Positions 1-33,759 of a stretch of 64,000 nucleotides of DNA are shown here, piece after piece (positions within the stretch are counted from its first letter, which is position 1; the number at the start of each line of letters is the position of its first letter). This DNA comes from Lingula anatina (taxonomy: Eukaryota; Animalia; Brachiopoda), in NCBI GenBank assembly GCA_051362555.1, contig CM120641.1, positions 36,586,401-36,650,400 of the forward strand, given 5' to 3'. The notes beneath the pieces were generated by a model. It worked only from the letters and a program-made list of their open reading frames with translations, did not search any database and was not told where the DNA came from. Position numbers and translations under genes: made by a program.

Positions 1-202
1 GACATAAATATCAATATTGAATAATACTTAATGTGAATATAATATTATCTTTCATTAGTAAATTATTTTCACTATGGATATTGCTCTTTGCAAATTATGC
101 CTTTTAAAAACATTTAAGGGTGTATATTGCCCTTTATGATTTACGGTTTCTTTTTGAGAATTTAAAATCTACACAAGGTTTTCATTCTTTTTTTTTTTTC
201 AG

Positions 203-1224
203 AAAACTGACTTTGAAGATCCCTCAAAGAGAGGACCACTTCCACCATTTCAAAACGAATACGCCTGTATTAAAGCAAGGCAAAAGTACCACATTAATGG
301 CACTGCTTTGGCTGAGCATGGTGGAAAAATAGTGGCAAACCTTGACAACGACCCCTGTGCTGATGGCACCTTTGTCTTTGTAATTATTCCTAACACCAAT
401 ACTTACCTTTTGACCATCTTCAATTACTGGGAGAGAAAAACAGTTTTCAATTGGAACTGCCATCTCCTGAAAAGGTATGTTGTATTGATGTCAACTTATA
501 AAAGTCCACACATTACGTGTAATTGGAATGATCAATATGCAGCTAGGTCATATTTTTTATGTTGATTTATTAATGTAAATCAAGTATATGACCCCATTCC
601 CAGAGATTAGATCGATCCAACTAGATTGACCTAACTCCCTGGAGGTTCACGCTAAATAGCTGTCATCCAAGCGGGCACGAAAGTTAATTACCCCCTTACA
701 GCTTGTAGTAGGCGGGACAGACATTTAAGCCAGATTATCTGACAGTAATCTAGTGAGACTCCCCACGGGGATAGATCGATCTAAAATATATGGGAATGCA
801 CCCTAGGATAATGTTATATAAGAAAATAGCTGCAGGTGGACATTTCTAGAATGTTAGGCAATGTTGAAATTAGCTTCATGTACATAGCTCGTCTATTTAA
901 TATTATTATAATGGTTCAAATTTCATTATCAGTTGACTTTAAAAAGAGGATTTGTTTATAAGTGAAGCCAGACCTAGTACCTTTCACTCTTTTTCTATTT
1001 CCAGTGTGTTTGTCCCCAAGTCATTTGAGGTTACCGAAGGGTTCTGTGAGCAGTCAGAAGTGGCAGTCCGCCACAATCCCATACAGCTGTTAACTAAAGA
1101 ATGTCCAGTTATTAAACCTGTGAAGCCTTTGTGTCCAGCTATCATCAGTACCGCCAGCACGTTATTGAGTTCACTGTATATGTCTCTTTTGATGAATTTG
1201 ATCTGGATCTCTTTAAGTAATTAG
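203..1224 (+). CDS. Last two coding exons (203-474, 1005-1224) of a gene starting left of the window; probable alpha2delta/CACHD-like (VWA-Cache) extracellular protein with a hydrophobic C-terminal tail
   Basis: AG at 201-202, GT at 475 and AG at 1003-1004 give a phase-2 in-frame junction. Translation: KTDFEDPSKRGPLPPFQNEYACIKARQKYHING...DPCADGTFVFVIIPNTNTYLLTIFNYWERKTVFNWNCHLLKSVFVPKSFEVTEGFCEQ...LLSSLYMSLLMNLIWISLSN*. IPNTNxxLL, the Cys spacing and the hydrophobic tail recall the alpha2delta C-terminus (recalled resemblance only). Confidence 0.55.
590..803. mobile_element. MITE family A, copy 1 (Tourist/PIF-Harbinger-like)
   Basis: Terminal inverted motifs CATTCCCA-GAGATTAGATCGATC ... GATCGATCTAAAATATATGGGAATG. 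Closely similar in sequence to 8713-8918. Confidence 0.8.
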
Positions 1225-3329
1225 GATATTTGGATTGTTTAGATACTCAAAATTATTTTGTTAGCTATCACTGTGATCTTAGCCTAGGTGAGATGTGAAC
1301 ATTAGTGTTGTTAGCCTTGAAGCTCACTACATCTTACACAAATTTGCCTAATTTCTATACCTTACTAACATCGAGCATGAATTTTTTTTTTTTTTTTTTG
1401 CATATACCAAAGGTCATTTACTTTTATTGATTGCAGATTCATTAATAAATATTTTCTAAAAGTCATGAAAATTTAATATGACTGTTTGATGTCAGAAACT
1501 TTATGGGGCTAAAATTTTTGGCTATTTATCATGGATTTTTATGATAGAGTGATCCCAGTACTGGACTCTGTGGAAAGAATTTATAAATTACAGTTTTCCT
1601 GATGCTATTTCACCAACTGATGAAGGGTTGTGAAGTGATCTGATGTACAGTTTTATAACCTATTGGTTTTCTGTATAAGAGGATCAGTTATTTGTTAATG
1701 CACATATATAATATAATTATTATACTAAAAATGCTCAGGGGTAAGGTTGCAAGAGATATAATTAAGGCATTTAGATTTGTATTTGTTTGTGTAATGGATT
1801 TGTAGTTGTAATTATTGTTTGCTTGGTGTTATAATCAGTATATTTTCAAACCCATTTTTTTTTTCTGAAAAGTAAATTTGTTATACCTTTCAAATGCCGA
1901 GCATTCCATCTGCTTTCTTTTTCATGTAATTCCTTTACCTTCTCCATCTGCTTTGTCCAGATTGATAGTGCCATAGAGAAGTACATGTTAATCAGCATTT
2001 AAATTAAGTGACATGCACTTTACATTTTGTTATATTGTTGTTTTGGAAGTGTTTTTTTACCTCACATTTATGAAGTGGAATCCAGAAGAGAGATTGTTTA
2101 CAAAGACCATTCTTCTATTTCATTTTTTTTTTTTTCAGAATAAATTATGATGGCAAATTTAAAGAAAATTGTGCTGAAATATTTGATCTTTGTCTTCTGG
2201 ATAACTGTGTGTAATAAAACCGTTTTTACAAACCTTGGAATTACTTTGTTTATATTTCTGTAATCAAAGAATACATTTCAACAGTTGCAAAGAAAAGGTT
2301 ACTGTCTTTTAAAACAATTGTTTTTATAACTTTATGAAAATTTTATTCTGCCCCAAGAAAAAAGCAAATGCAGTGCTCAAACCATAACAGAAAATACCTT
2401 CCATTATTATAACTGTCTTAAGTGTAAAGAAAAATAAGACAAGCACACTGTTACATGAAAGACAAAAGTAGTGAATCCATCTAGCTAGACAGGTCATTGA
2501 AAAACCACTCTTCCTGAACATGGAGTAGGTTTGTAACTGCCTTATCCTTAAGCAGCTTGGTCAAACCTAACTTCAGAAACATGTTTTATTATAACCTTTA
2601 AGTATGAAGTACAGAGAAGTTACCTTTAAACCAGAAACCTGTACATTTCCACCATTTATGTGCATACACACACGCTGTAATTAAGCTATATAATGACAAA
2701 GAAAATAAAAAAGTCTAACAAACTACTTCATGGAAGAAACCAATATTGTTCATCAGCTCCGAAATTGTGTGCTTAACTTCTGTTTTGACAAATGTCAATA
2801 TTTTACTTTATAACATTAAATAATAAGTAATAATTTAATGGAAAGTTGATCAATTAGAATTTGAGCCTTAAAACAATATTCCCAGATCAGAGTTACGACA
2901 AACTTTTATAAAGCAGCAGACTGGCAAAGCTGGTAGACAGGAAATTAAAAAAAAAAATTACAACATTTTCCAAAATTTTCAGCTAGGTAAAGTCTTGCCA
3001 TTAACTTTTAAAAAGTACAGAAGAGCTCTAAAGGTAAAATGGTTATCAATTTTTTTTTTCCAAATTTTGTGGTACCTAGAGTAAGAACAAAATATCAAGA
3101 CTGCCTCAACCCCATCAAGCTTAGAAAATAAGTCTAAGCTTGAGGTGTGGCTATTGATAAGCCAGAATGTCAGTGGTGTTGGAACAGCAAGCATGACATT
3201 AAGAATGTAAGTGGTACCAGTTAATCACTTAAGCTAAAGAGACTATGGTATGAAAAGCCATGGATCCAAGACTGGAGGCAGTGCACTTTTTCAGGGACCC
3301 TTATATGTTGTAACATATTCATCATTACT

Positions 3330-4435
3330 TCACCCAACACAGTGGACTACAATAAGCATGTAGAATCTAAACAGCAGCATTTCACAGTTACATGAGAAGT
3401 AGAAGAAAATAGAAAGGCCTCAGGCAAGATACAAGGAGCAGTATGAAGCAAGGAAAGTAACAGTCTTTGAATTAGAAGCAGAGCACAGTTTGGTAATCAA
3501 AGCAGATGTGTTTCAATGTCTTCGAGAAAGGAAAGAGGATGCCAGCTGGATTGCCAGGGTATCAGTTAAGAGAATGGCAAAGAACTTTATGTGTGAAGGT
3601 TCAGAGATATACTACATCAATAATGGTCTAAGAAAGCTTGTTGTATTTGCCATCTCTGGCAGTAGAACACCCTTGGGAAAATTGAGAACTGCTTCTATTG
3701 GAAAAGCATGAATACACTAACAAATGAATCAAGATGTGTGACAATATGCCAGCACACAGAGAAGAATAAAACAGAAGCACCAATGTTGTGGTCAATCAAA
3801 GTTGTCGGCAAGTAAGAAATGGTCGGCAGTGACCCGATTGGCTCTTTGCCTTTGTCAGAGAACAGAAACAGATACGTCTTGGCTCATTCCAACTATTATA
3901 CCAAGCTGATGAAAACATTCCCAATCCCATCTAAAGATGCAGCTGCAAGTGTTGTCAAGGTTCTTTCCTCTTTCTTTTACAGGATGGGTACCCCTGAAAA
4001 ACTGTTGAATTACCAGGGATCAGAATTTTGCAATGAACCAAATGCTGAAGGCATCACTCTCAAAAAAGCAGAATAACTGGGAAAGGTACTTAGACCCAGT
4101 AATCTTTTGCCTATCAGACAGCCCCACACTGTGCCACTGGATACTCTCCTTTTTTCTAAGGAGGCTGAGAAGACACAGACTAAGAAGTCACAATGCCCAG
4201 CAAAGTGGACTACGATGAGCAGGTAGAATCTCAACAGCAGCAACTCACAGAATTATGCGAAAAGTACATGTAGAAAGTTAAAAAGTCTCAGGCACATACA
4301 AAAAGCAGTATAAAGCAAAGAGATCAAGGAATATAACAGTATTTGAATTAGAAAGGGGAATGAAAGTGTTGGAGAAAAACTTCAACAAGATTGGGCGGAA
4401 AGGTGCCAAGCTAGAGACAGATTGGATTGGACAAA
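3330..4435 (+). mobile_element. Decayed Ginger/Gypsy-type integrase (pseudogene)
   Basis: VGSDPIGSLPLSENRNRYVLAHSNYYTKL..FPIPSKDAA..V...FFYRMGTPEKLLNYQGSEFCN is a degenerate rve core (D-x-IGPLP ... SDQGxEF). C-terminal KVLEKNFNKIGRKGAKLETDWIG resembles the GPY/F region. Broken by stops and frameshifts. Confidence 0.8.
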
Positions 4436-4969
4436 TCAAAAGCCCCGAGGCTCCCGTACTGCCATCTGCTTCCTCTCCAGCTGACTCAGGTATGGTATCT
4501 CCCAACCCTCAACTTCAAATAGATACCATATTAAGTCCATCCCTCCACACACCAAGGTTGTTAACAAAGTCAAGGATGGAATTTGGGAGAATGAATTTGT
4601 AGACCTGGGCCTACATCTTCAGGACCAGTCATCTCAGTTGCCCCAACCAAGAGATTACCTTCTACTAACCATGGAAAATCTCAATGGCCTGCTTACAGTT
4701 GTAATATCCCAGGGAAAAAACCCCCAAATTGCCTCCTTAAGCACCCCAAAGAACTATTACAGGGGGATTGTGACCATGACTTTATGATAAATGGCAAAGT
4801 TTTGTAAGCCCGAATCTTTGTGTTTTTAAATGCTTTTTAGCAAGACCTCAGATGTGCAAAACACCTTCCCAGCACATTGGCTCATGGAACCCTTGCCACA
4901 AGGACAACAGAGGCAACCAGTTATATGGCCTAAGAAGGTTGCAGTCACTCAGGGCAGACTGGTGATATG

Positions 4970-5530
4970 GAGACAGTTAATATCCCTACCAAATGGGGTA
5001 AATACAGGAACTACAGCATGGCAGAAAAGAAGGAAGTTGTTGAATTAGCATCCTTGCATGGCATCGGTACTATTGCAAAACATGTTAATGTTTCTAAGTA
5101 AAAAAAAAAAAAAAAAAAAAAAACAGGTTTCTGAATGTGCTGAATCTCAAGCTGGCAGGACACTGCAATCTCTCAGGGCTCACAAGACATACTGGTTGAA
5201 CATTCTTTTTAGCAATGCTCACATACCATGTAAGTTATAAAACGTTTACATTACTTTGTAAATTGGATACAGCAAAGGGTCTTGATGTGGGAGTTAGCTA
5301 TGTTAGTGTCAAAAAGGTGACTAAATTTGCAAGAAGCATAGCAACAGTGGAAAAGGAGGAGACCGGTGGCATTTCCAGGTGTGGAAATTTTGAGAGCATC
5401 ATGTCAATGGAACGTCCGCCTACACCTGGGAAAAATATGAATTGATGTACACGAGGACATGCCACCTTTGTACTAATATTATCCAATCAGAATCACACAA
5501 CTGCACACAGCTACAGTACAAGGAAATATG
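4970..5530 (+). mobile_element. Decayed hAT (ZNF862-like) transposase fragment
   Basis: C-x2-C...H zinc-finger remnant, then SYKTFTLLCKLDTAKGLDVGVSYVSVKKVTKFARSIATVEKEE...FESIMSM, which resembles the ZNF862-type hAT motif upstream of the first catalytic Asp. Frameshifted and interrupted by a poly-A run. Confidence 0.6.
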
Positions 5531-5574
5531 GTGTTCACCATCACTGACCTCAAAATATTTTTATTACCAGGTAC

Positions 5575-5910
5575 GTGTTACTAGATGACCCTAGCTCAGA
5601 ATTGACAACCTTTGGAAAGTATCAATTTAAATGTAGGCCTTTTGAGATCATCAGTGCTACAGATATTTTACAAAAGAATGTGTACTGTGTGTTTGGTGAT
5701 ATCAGAAACACATGTGCAATTGCAGACGATACATTGATCACAACAGAGACAGTAGAAGAACATGGCCAGATCCTGGAAGACATTATCAAATGTGCAGTAG
5801 AGAACAATTTTGTTTTAATTCAAAGAAAAAGCTTGAAATAAAACGGTGTCACCTATATTGGAATCATTGTAGGGGTAGAAAGAATCAGACCTGAGCCAGA
5901 GAAGATTCTG
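5575..5910 (+). mobile_element. Ty3/Gypsy reverse transcriptase fragment
   Basis: LDDPSSELTTFGKYQFKCRPFEIISATDILQK...AIADDTLI...EEHGQILEDII matches the LDxxSxxLTTF / GRYxFxRxPFG / xADD / EEHD motifs of Gypsy RT. Degenerate. Confidence 0.85.
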
Positions 5911-5929
5911 TTATTTCACTGTATAGGTG

Positions 5930-6830
5930 AGCTACAACATCAAATTGAAACTTGGAAGGCAGGGTGAGCCTGTGGACAGTCACTGGGAGTGTTCCAGTGG
6001 GATGGGTCCACATAGCACATGTAAGCATGTTGCATCCATTTTCCTCCTACGTGTCAAGTTGACATGTTTGTGCACAAAATGGGGGCTGTAGGACTGACAA
6101 TGTAAGCTGCATCTGGCACTAAATGGGCTGAATTGTAATCAGTTTTAGAGTGATTGTCCATGTTGGAATATTCATTCTGACTTTGAGTTGGTTCATTTCA
6201 CCATTCAGGGAATTTTAACTTACATAAGCAAAAAGCATGGATATGGACAGAACAAAGACTATTTTCTCTAATTCCTTGATATAAAGGTTCAATGCATCCT
6301 GGGGAATATTTGACTTCTAAATTCTGTGCATGTGGTGCAATTAAGCTTAACAGACCTTTTCCACTAACTGGTGAGCATGTGCAGTACTCACCATTTTGTG
6401 TGAGACTGTTTGTCAGGGGGGCAAGGAGATGGAGAATGTCTCCATGAAAAGTAAAAAGTGTAAAGTTGATCTCCCATTTTTTGTATAAACCAGCCATGGG
6501 TGGCCATGACAGCTGCTGTGTTGATAACTACGTTCAAGGAAGGGGTTGAAAAGACAATTTTTGTACTCTTTTGTGTATTTTCCACGGGCAGACAGTTTTG
6601 TTCTGGATTAGTGCCAGTGGCCATGCAGACATTTCATTGAAAGACAACTGAGGCAAGAGGCAGAGGAGAGAGAAAGGTGCTGGGTGTTGAGGAGGAGTGG
6701 GGAGAGGCGAAAAATAAGAACCAGTAACTTGAGCTTAGCTGAGCGTGATTGTAAGTTTCACAGTGTTCAATAAAGTGTTGCTGTAAGCTTAAGTATTAGA
6801 GTGACTTAATGATTGCTCCTGCATACATTT
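5930..6830. mobile_element. Probable further LTR-retroelement debris (gag-like minus-strand ORF fragments; LTR-like segment with AATAAA at 6769)
   Basis: GC-elevated broken ORFs 6198-6624 (-) next to the RT fragment. 6660-6830 is purine-rich, followed by AATAAAGTGTTG. No diagnostic motif recognised. Confidence 0.3.
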
Positions 6831-6842
6831 ATATTATTTCCT

Positions 6843-9583
6843 TCACTTCCGAAATTTCCTCCTTTTCCTTGAATATGATGACCAAAATATTTCAGTTAAA
6901 TTACACCATACTCCTCTGTTGTATGGCTGGTTTCTAGATTTTATCAAATTTCTATCTGTCACTTCAACTGTCTTGTATCTTTCATTGGTGGTTTGATTAG
7001 TCAATATTAGGTATCCATGGTAACTGGTTAAGCCAAGAAGAAACACGCTTGTTGCAAAGAGAGATGCCACCATAAAAACTGTCCTTGGATACTGCATAAA
7101 AAGATTCTGTAAGAAAAATAGTTAATACAAAGCTAAGACCATGTGTACTCACTGGTGGTTTAAATTTTACATTATGGTTTAACTTTAAATTATTTTGTAA
7201 TAATTCAGTGGAGTAATCATTATGGTCAAACCAAAACTTGGTAAATCTGTATAAATGTTTGCTTTAAATCTTTACTATTATTTTCATGCTTAATTAAGTT
7301 TTTGTACTTAACAAAACTTTATATTAACTTTCAGAATGCAAAATCTACCTGACACAGTATTCTAACTGTGACCTGCTGCTTTCGTCCACTTTTATCAATG
7401 AAGAACATGTTCCACATATCACGACTGTCTATGATCCCTAGCAGTGCCTGAACTCCCATGACTACTGCATTAGCACTCATTAAGGTAGCAGAGACCAGGA
7501 AGGCGAAGAAATAGTGATAGTTAAGTCCTCCAATACACTGGTTGGTCCAAAAACAATGGTGATCAAAGCGAAAGATACACTTGTTACAGTAGGCTAAAAT
7601 AATTCAGGTAAAAAAAGATAAGATAAAATTTGACATTCAACATATTAAGTTTGTAATAAAAGATGGTTCTTTGAAATATGAATAAATGAGTGACTTGGAA
7701 CTCTAATGTGTACACTGTTTTGAGATTTATTCCAATTTAGCTTTAGATATTGGAAAGAAAAAGAGGAAATAAAACAACTGAACTGCACCTATCAAGCAAA
7801 TATATATATACTTACCACAATGTTTAGATCTTGCAGGTTTAATAAAATCACAGGTAATGCACTTCTTGTTTGGTTTATACAATATTCCATCGTAATGATA
7901 TCTGTCACAGTAACATTTCAAATTTGTATCTGTTATTACTCCAGGATCAGATTTTGATACCAAGTAAAAACTGATTCCGTTGGAGAGGAGTAATACCACA
8001 GGAATGAGTAAGATGTTATGTTTGTCACTGTCATTATGGTGTGACTGTTGGTGATGAGGTATGACATCTTTAATAAGCACAGTATGGCCAAGTGCTACCA
8101 GAAAAATGTAGGACAACTGCAGCAGGGCATTTCTGAAATAATATAATCTTTTTGAAAATATTGTGAACTGCTGTTTACATGAAAAAAGGGAGAATAATTC
8201 TCCAAATACAGTAAAGAATTTATACACCTAGAGCATACAGTTTGAGCAAACTAAAATTTCAAAACTAAATTAAGCATTTTTAAAGATCAAATTGAAAAAA
8301 ATAGTTTTTTTAAATACTGTCAATCTTATATGAAAACATCTGGACTAAATCTGATACAGAAATATACTTGTTTATCTGTTCAGTTTTTCATCTGGACTTT
8401 TTCAAATCATACCTTTCCAAAAATACATAGCTGTAGGTTCTGAATGCTACATGCTGCACTGGGGATGGTAGTCTCTTGGTGAACACTAACAGTCTTCCTT
8501 TCACAAACTGAAATAGTATTTTACTGTCATTAAATCTTGAAAATATAAACTGCCATAACAGACAAAGTAATTTGACTGTTCATCACTTTAGTTTGAATTC
8601 AGCAAAACTTCAACATAAAACATAAATTAAAAGCTTCGAAGAACATGTGAATTATTACAGCATTTATAAGATTAGTTCATTTGTAAAAATATTATAAACC
8701 TCTGTCTAACACCCCATAGATTAGATCGACCTACTTTAGATCGACCTATCTCCCTGGGGGTTCACGCTAAATAGCTGTCAGCCTGGCGGACACGAAAGTT
8801 AATTATCCCCTTACAGCTTGTAGTAGGCGGGACGGACATTTAAGTCAGATTATCTGAAAGTAATCTAGTGAGACTCCCCGCGGGGATAGATCGATCTAAA
8901 ATCTATGGGAACAGAGCCTAAGTCTCTTGTCCCTTTCCCTTTAGATCTTTTGCTTGCTCAGAGGTCACATTACTTTATCTTTAGTTCCATCTGATCTTTT
9001 CAATTTACAGAGTCATTCAGAGTTTTGGAATAAACTAGAAACTGACACTTCTAGCTGCCATAAGTACTGGCATGTCAGTATTTATGCAATACTGTTTAGC
9101 CCCGTCTTATTACATTTCATGTTCAATGACTTTTTTAATAACGTGGTGACTTGGGTCTCTGTTATTTTGAGTTAACCACATCAGAATTAAAAAAAAAAAC
9201 GCTGAAAAGCTATGAGTTACACATGTACAAGGCGCAGGGAGGCCTTCTACATTGAACACTTCCATGCCTAGAGCACCAAAAGCATGCTTATCTGCAACAG
9301 AGTGAGTTTGTGAGTGTTCTGTGAAACTCGTGCTGTTCAGTGTACTGTAAAAAAACTGCTTGAAAAGTGAAAGTTACAGGGTGGGGGGGGGTATACTACA
9401 AAAGTACCGGCATTTCTACAGTTCTATTTTACTTTCTGTACACTTAACTTTCAGTTTTGAAATTAAAAGTACCTCTGTAGTTCGTGCCAACAATTTATCC
9501 ACCGCCTGGATGTAACAGAGACAGACAGAGGCTACAATGGAAAACACTACTATATATCCGCCAAATAAAACCAAAAATTCCAT
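6843..9583 (-). CDS. ZDHHC4: Palmitoyltransferase ZDHHC4-like; exons 9583-9473, 8507-8413, 8132-7816, 7593-7349, 7106-6843
   Basis: All introns GT-AG with consistent phases. Contains [52 protein letters not shown] (DHHC-CRD) and NQTTNERYK...PYNRG. The MEFLVLF N-terminus, YxYDG motif and basic tail point to ZDHHC4/Swf1. Confidence 0.92.
8713..8918. mobile_element. MITE family A, copy 2 (ZDHHC4 intron 1)
   Basis: CCCATAGATTAGATCGAC...GATCGATCTAAAATCTATGGG. The internal GGTTCACGCTAAATAGCTGTCA...CTTACAGCTTGTAGTAGGCGGGAC is shared with 590-803. Confidence 0.8.
9170..9409. mobile_element. Partial copy of the fold-back element found at 40723-41292
   Basis: GAAAAGTGAAAGTTACAGGGTG(G)nTATACTACAAAAGTACCG (9361-9409) matches the arm ending at 41292. 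Confidence 0.7.
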
Positions 9584-9840
9584 TTTTATCTTTGCCTGCT
9601 CCCACCCTCTCTTGATGAGAGTACATGTTCTGGGGATGTGACACGACGTTATCGGCAACAGGTACTCACCTATCATTGGAAGTCACGTGATGCCAATAAC
9701 AACATTTGCACGCGCACTTTGAAGTCTTTATGTGTGAGGTGTAGGCAAAAACGTTGTATTTTCTCAACATCAATGGCGAAAATGGAAACACAAGCAGATG
9801 CGTTGGATTATTTGTAATTCAGGGAATTTCCAGAAACAGG
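9584..9840. promoter_or_regulatory. Putative bidirectional promoter ZDHHC4 / GRID2IP, with a probable first non-coding exon of GRID2IP
   Basis: CpG-richer patch between divergent genes. E-box GTCACGTGA at 9682-9690, X-box-like GTTATCGGCAAC at 9648-9659, splice donor CAG|GTATGT at 9840. Confidence 0.55.
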
Positions 9841-11263
9841 TATGTGGTGAAATTTGTACTGTTTTTTACAGGTTTGGTGATATAATCTTTGAGCTGACAG
9901 TATTTGTAATGGGGTCGATGAAATACGATCAATAACACAGCGCAAATGAAATACAGGTAGCTTTAAACCTGAAATGTCGTTCAAGCATGCACTAGACAGG
10001 AATTGTAACCTGTATGATTTACGATGATATGACAGACAATATCTGAAATTAGGGACTGATATTGATTTTGAATATCAGATTATATTTATTTATATTTTTA
10101 TTTATCCGACTCGATCAGCGTTATATGGTTTTTTTCTATCTATCCCTTAGGACATATGTAGTATTGTATGGTAATAGGTATATACACCTGTAGATTGTAC
10201 CAATGGAATCAATTAGATTTAAAACATACAAAAGCTATACCAGTTTATACAAATATATACATGCACAGTATAATTTTTTTTTTGAAAAGTTTTATAACAG
10301 GCTTATGACACCATGAGTGTGTTCTACAAATTGATTATATTGACACTCTTTTATGCCCCGCCCTTTGGTTTAATTAGTCATTGCCAGTGTGTTACGGATA
10401 CATGTCTTTCAGGCTATGACACTTGTTGGATCAAGAATAAGAGAAATTATCAAGGGTCAGAACTTATATTTGGACCTGACATATGACATACCTTTGCTAG
10501 AATTGTGATGCTTGTCGTCCTGGTGGATAGTTTCCAAAGGGACTGTATTCTTTTAAGATATTAAAAAGTGCCCGGTAGAGTCTTCATTTGACATCAGTGC
10601 CTTGCAGTGCCATGAATCATGACCTCACAATATGTGGAATTAATGTTTCTGAAAAATAAAACAATTTAATTCATTGTTAAAACTTTGTAAAGTGTGCCAA
10701 TTTTATAACTATGCCAGGTGCCTGTAATACTTAATGACTTAAGTGAAGAATTGGCTTTAACATATGAAGGCTGATCTGACTTATATATAATTAGTTGAAA
10801 ACTTAGTTTTAGCAGTGTAAAATAAATACAAATTAAAACTTATTAGTCCTTGTGAAATAGGCTCAAGGTCAGTGGCATTACTCTCTTTGGGGTATTTATC
10901 ATTTGTCAAATATTTATTTTAACATTTTTGACGATAGTGATTTTATAATTCAATTTTTTGTCAAGTAATTGAATGTAATTCTTTTCAGAAAATTATGCAA
11001 GAACCAGTGGCCAAATTCTATGTTGATGTGTGCTTATTGCTGTCACTTTTCATTAAACTACCAATACTCCTTACATTAACACAATAAAAAGTATATTTTA
11101 TATTTCATATCATTGCAGCATATTTTGAAGCTTCTCCATGGAAGATAAACCATCAAGTGTCTCCTCAAAGACCTTGTTTTCAAAAAACACTGACCATGCA
11201 CTCAGTGTACTTTAAAATGCACTGGCTGTTTAATGTGAGAACTTGAAAAACAAAACATCAAAA

Positions 11264-33759
<22,496 letters not shown>

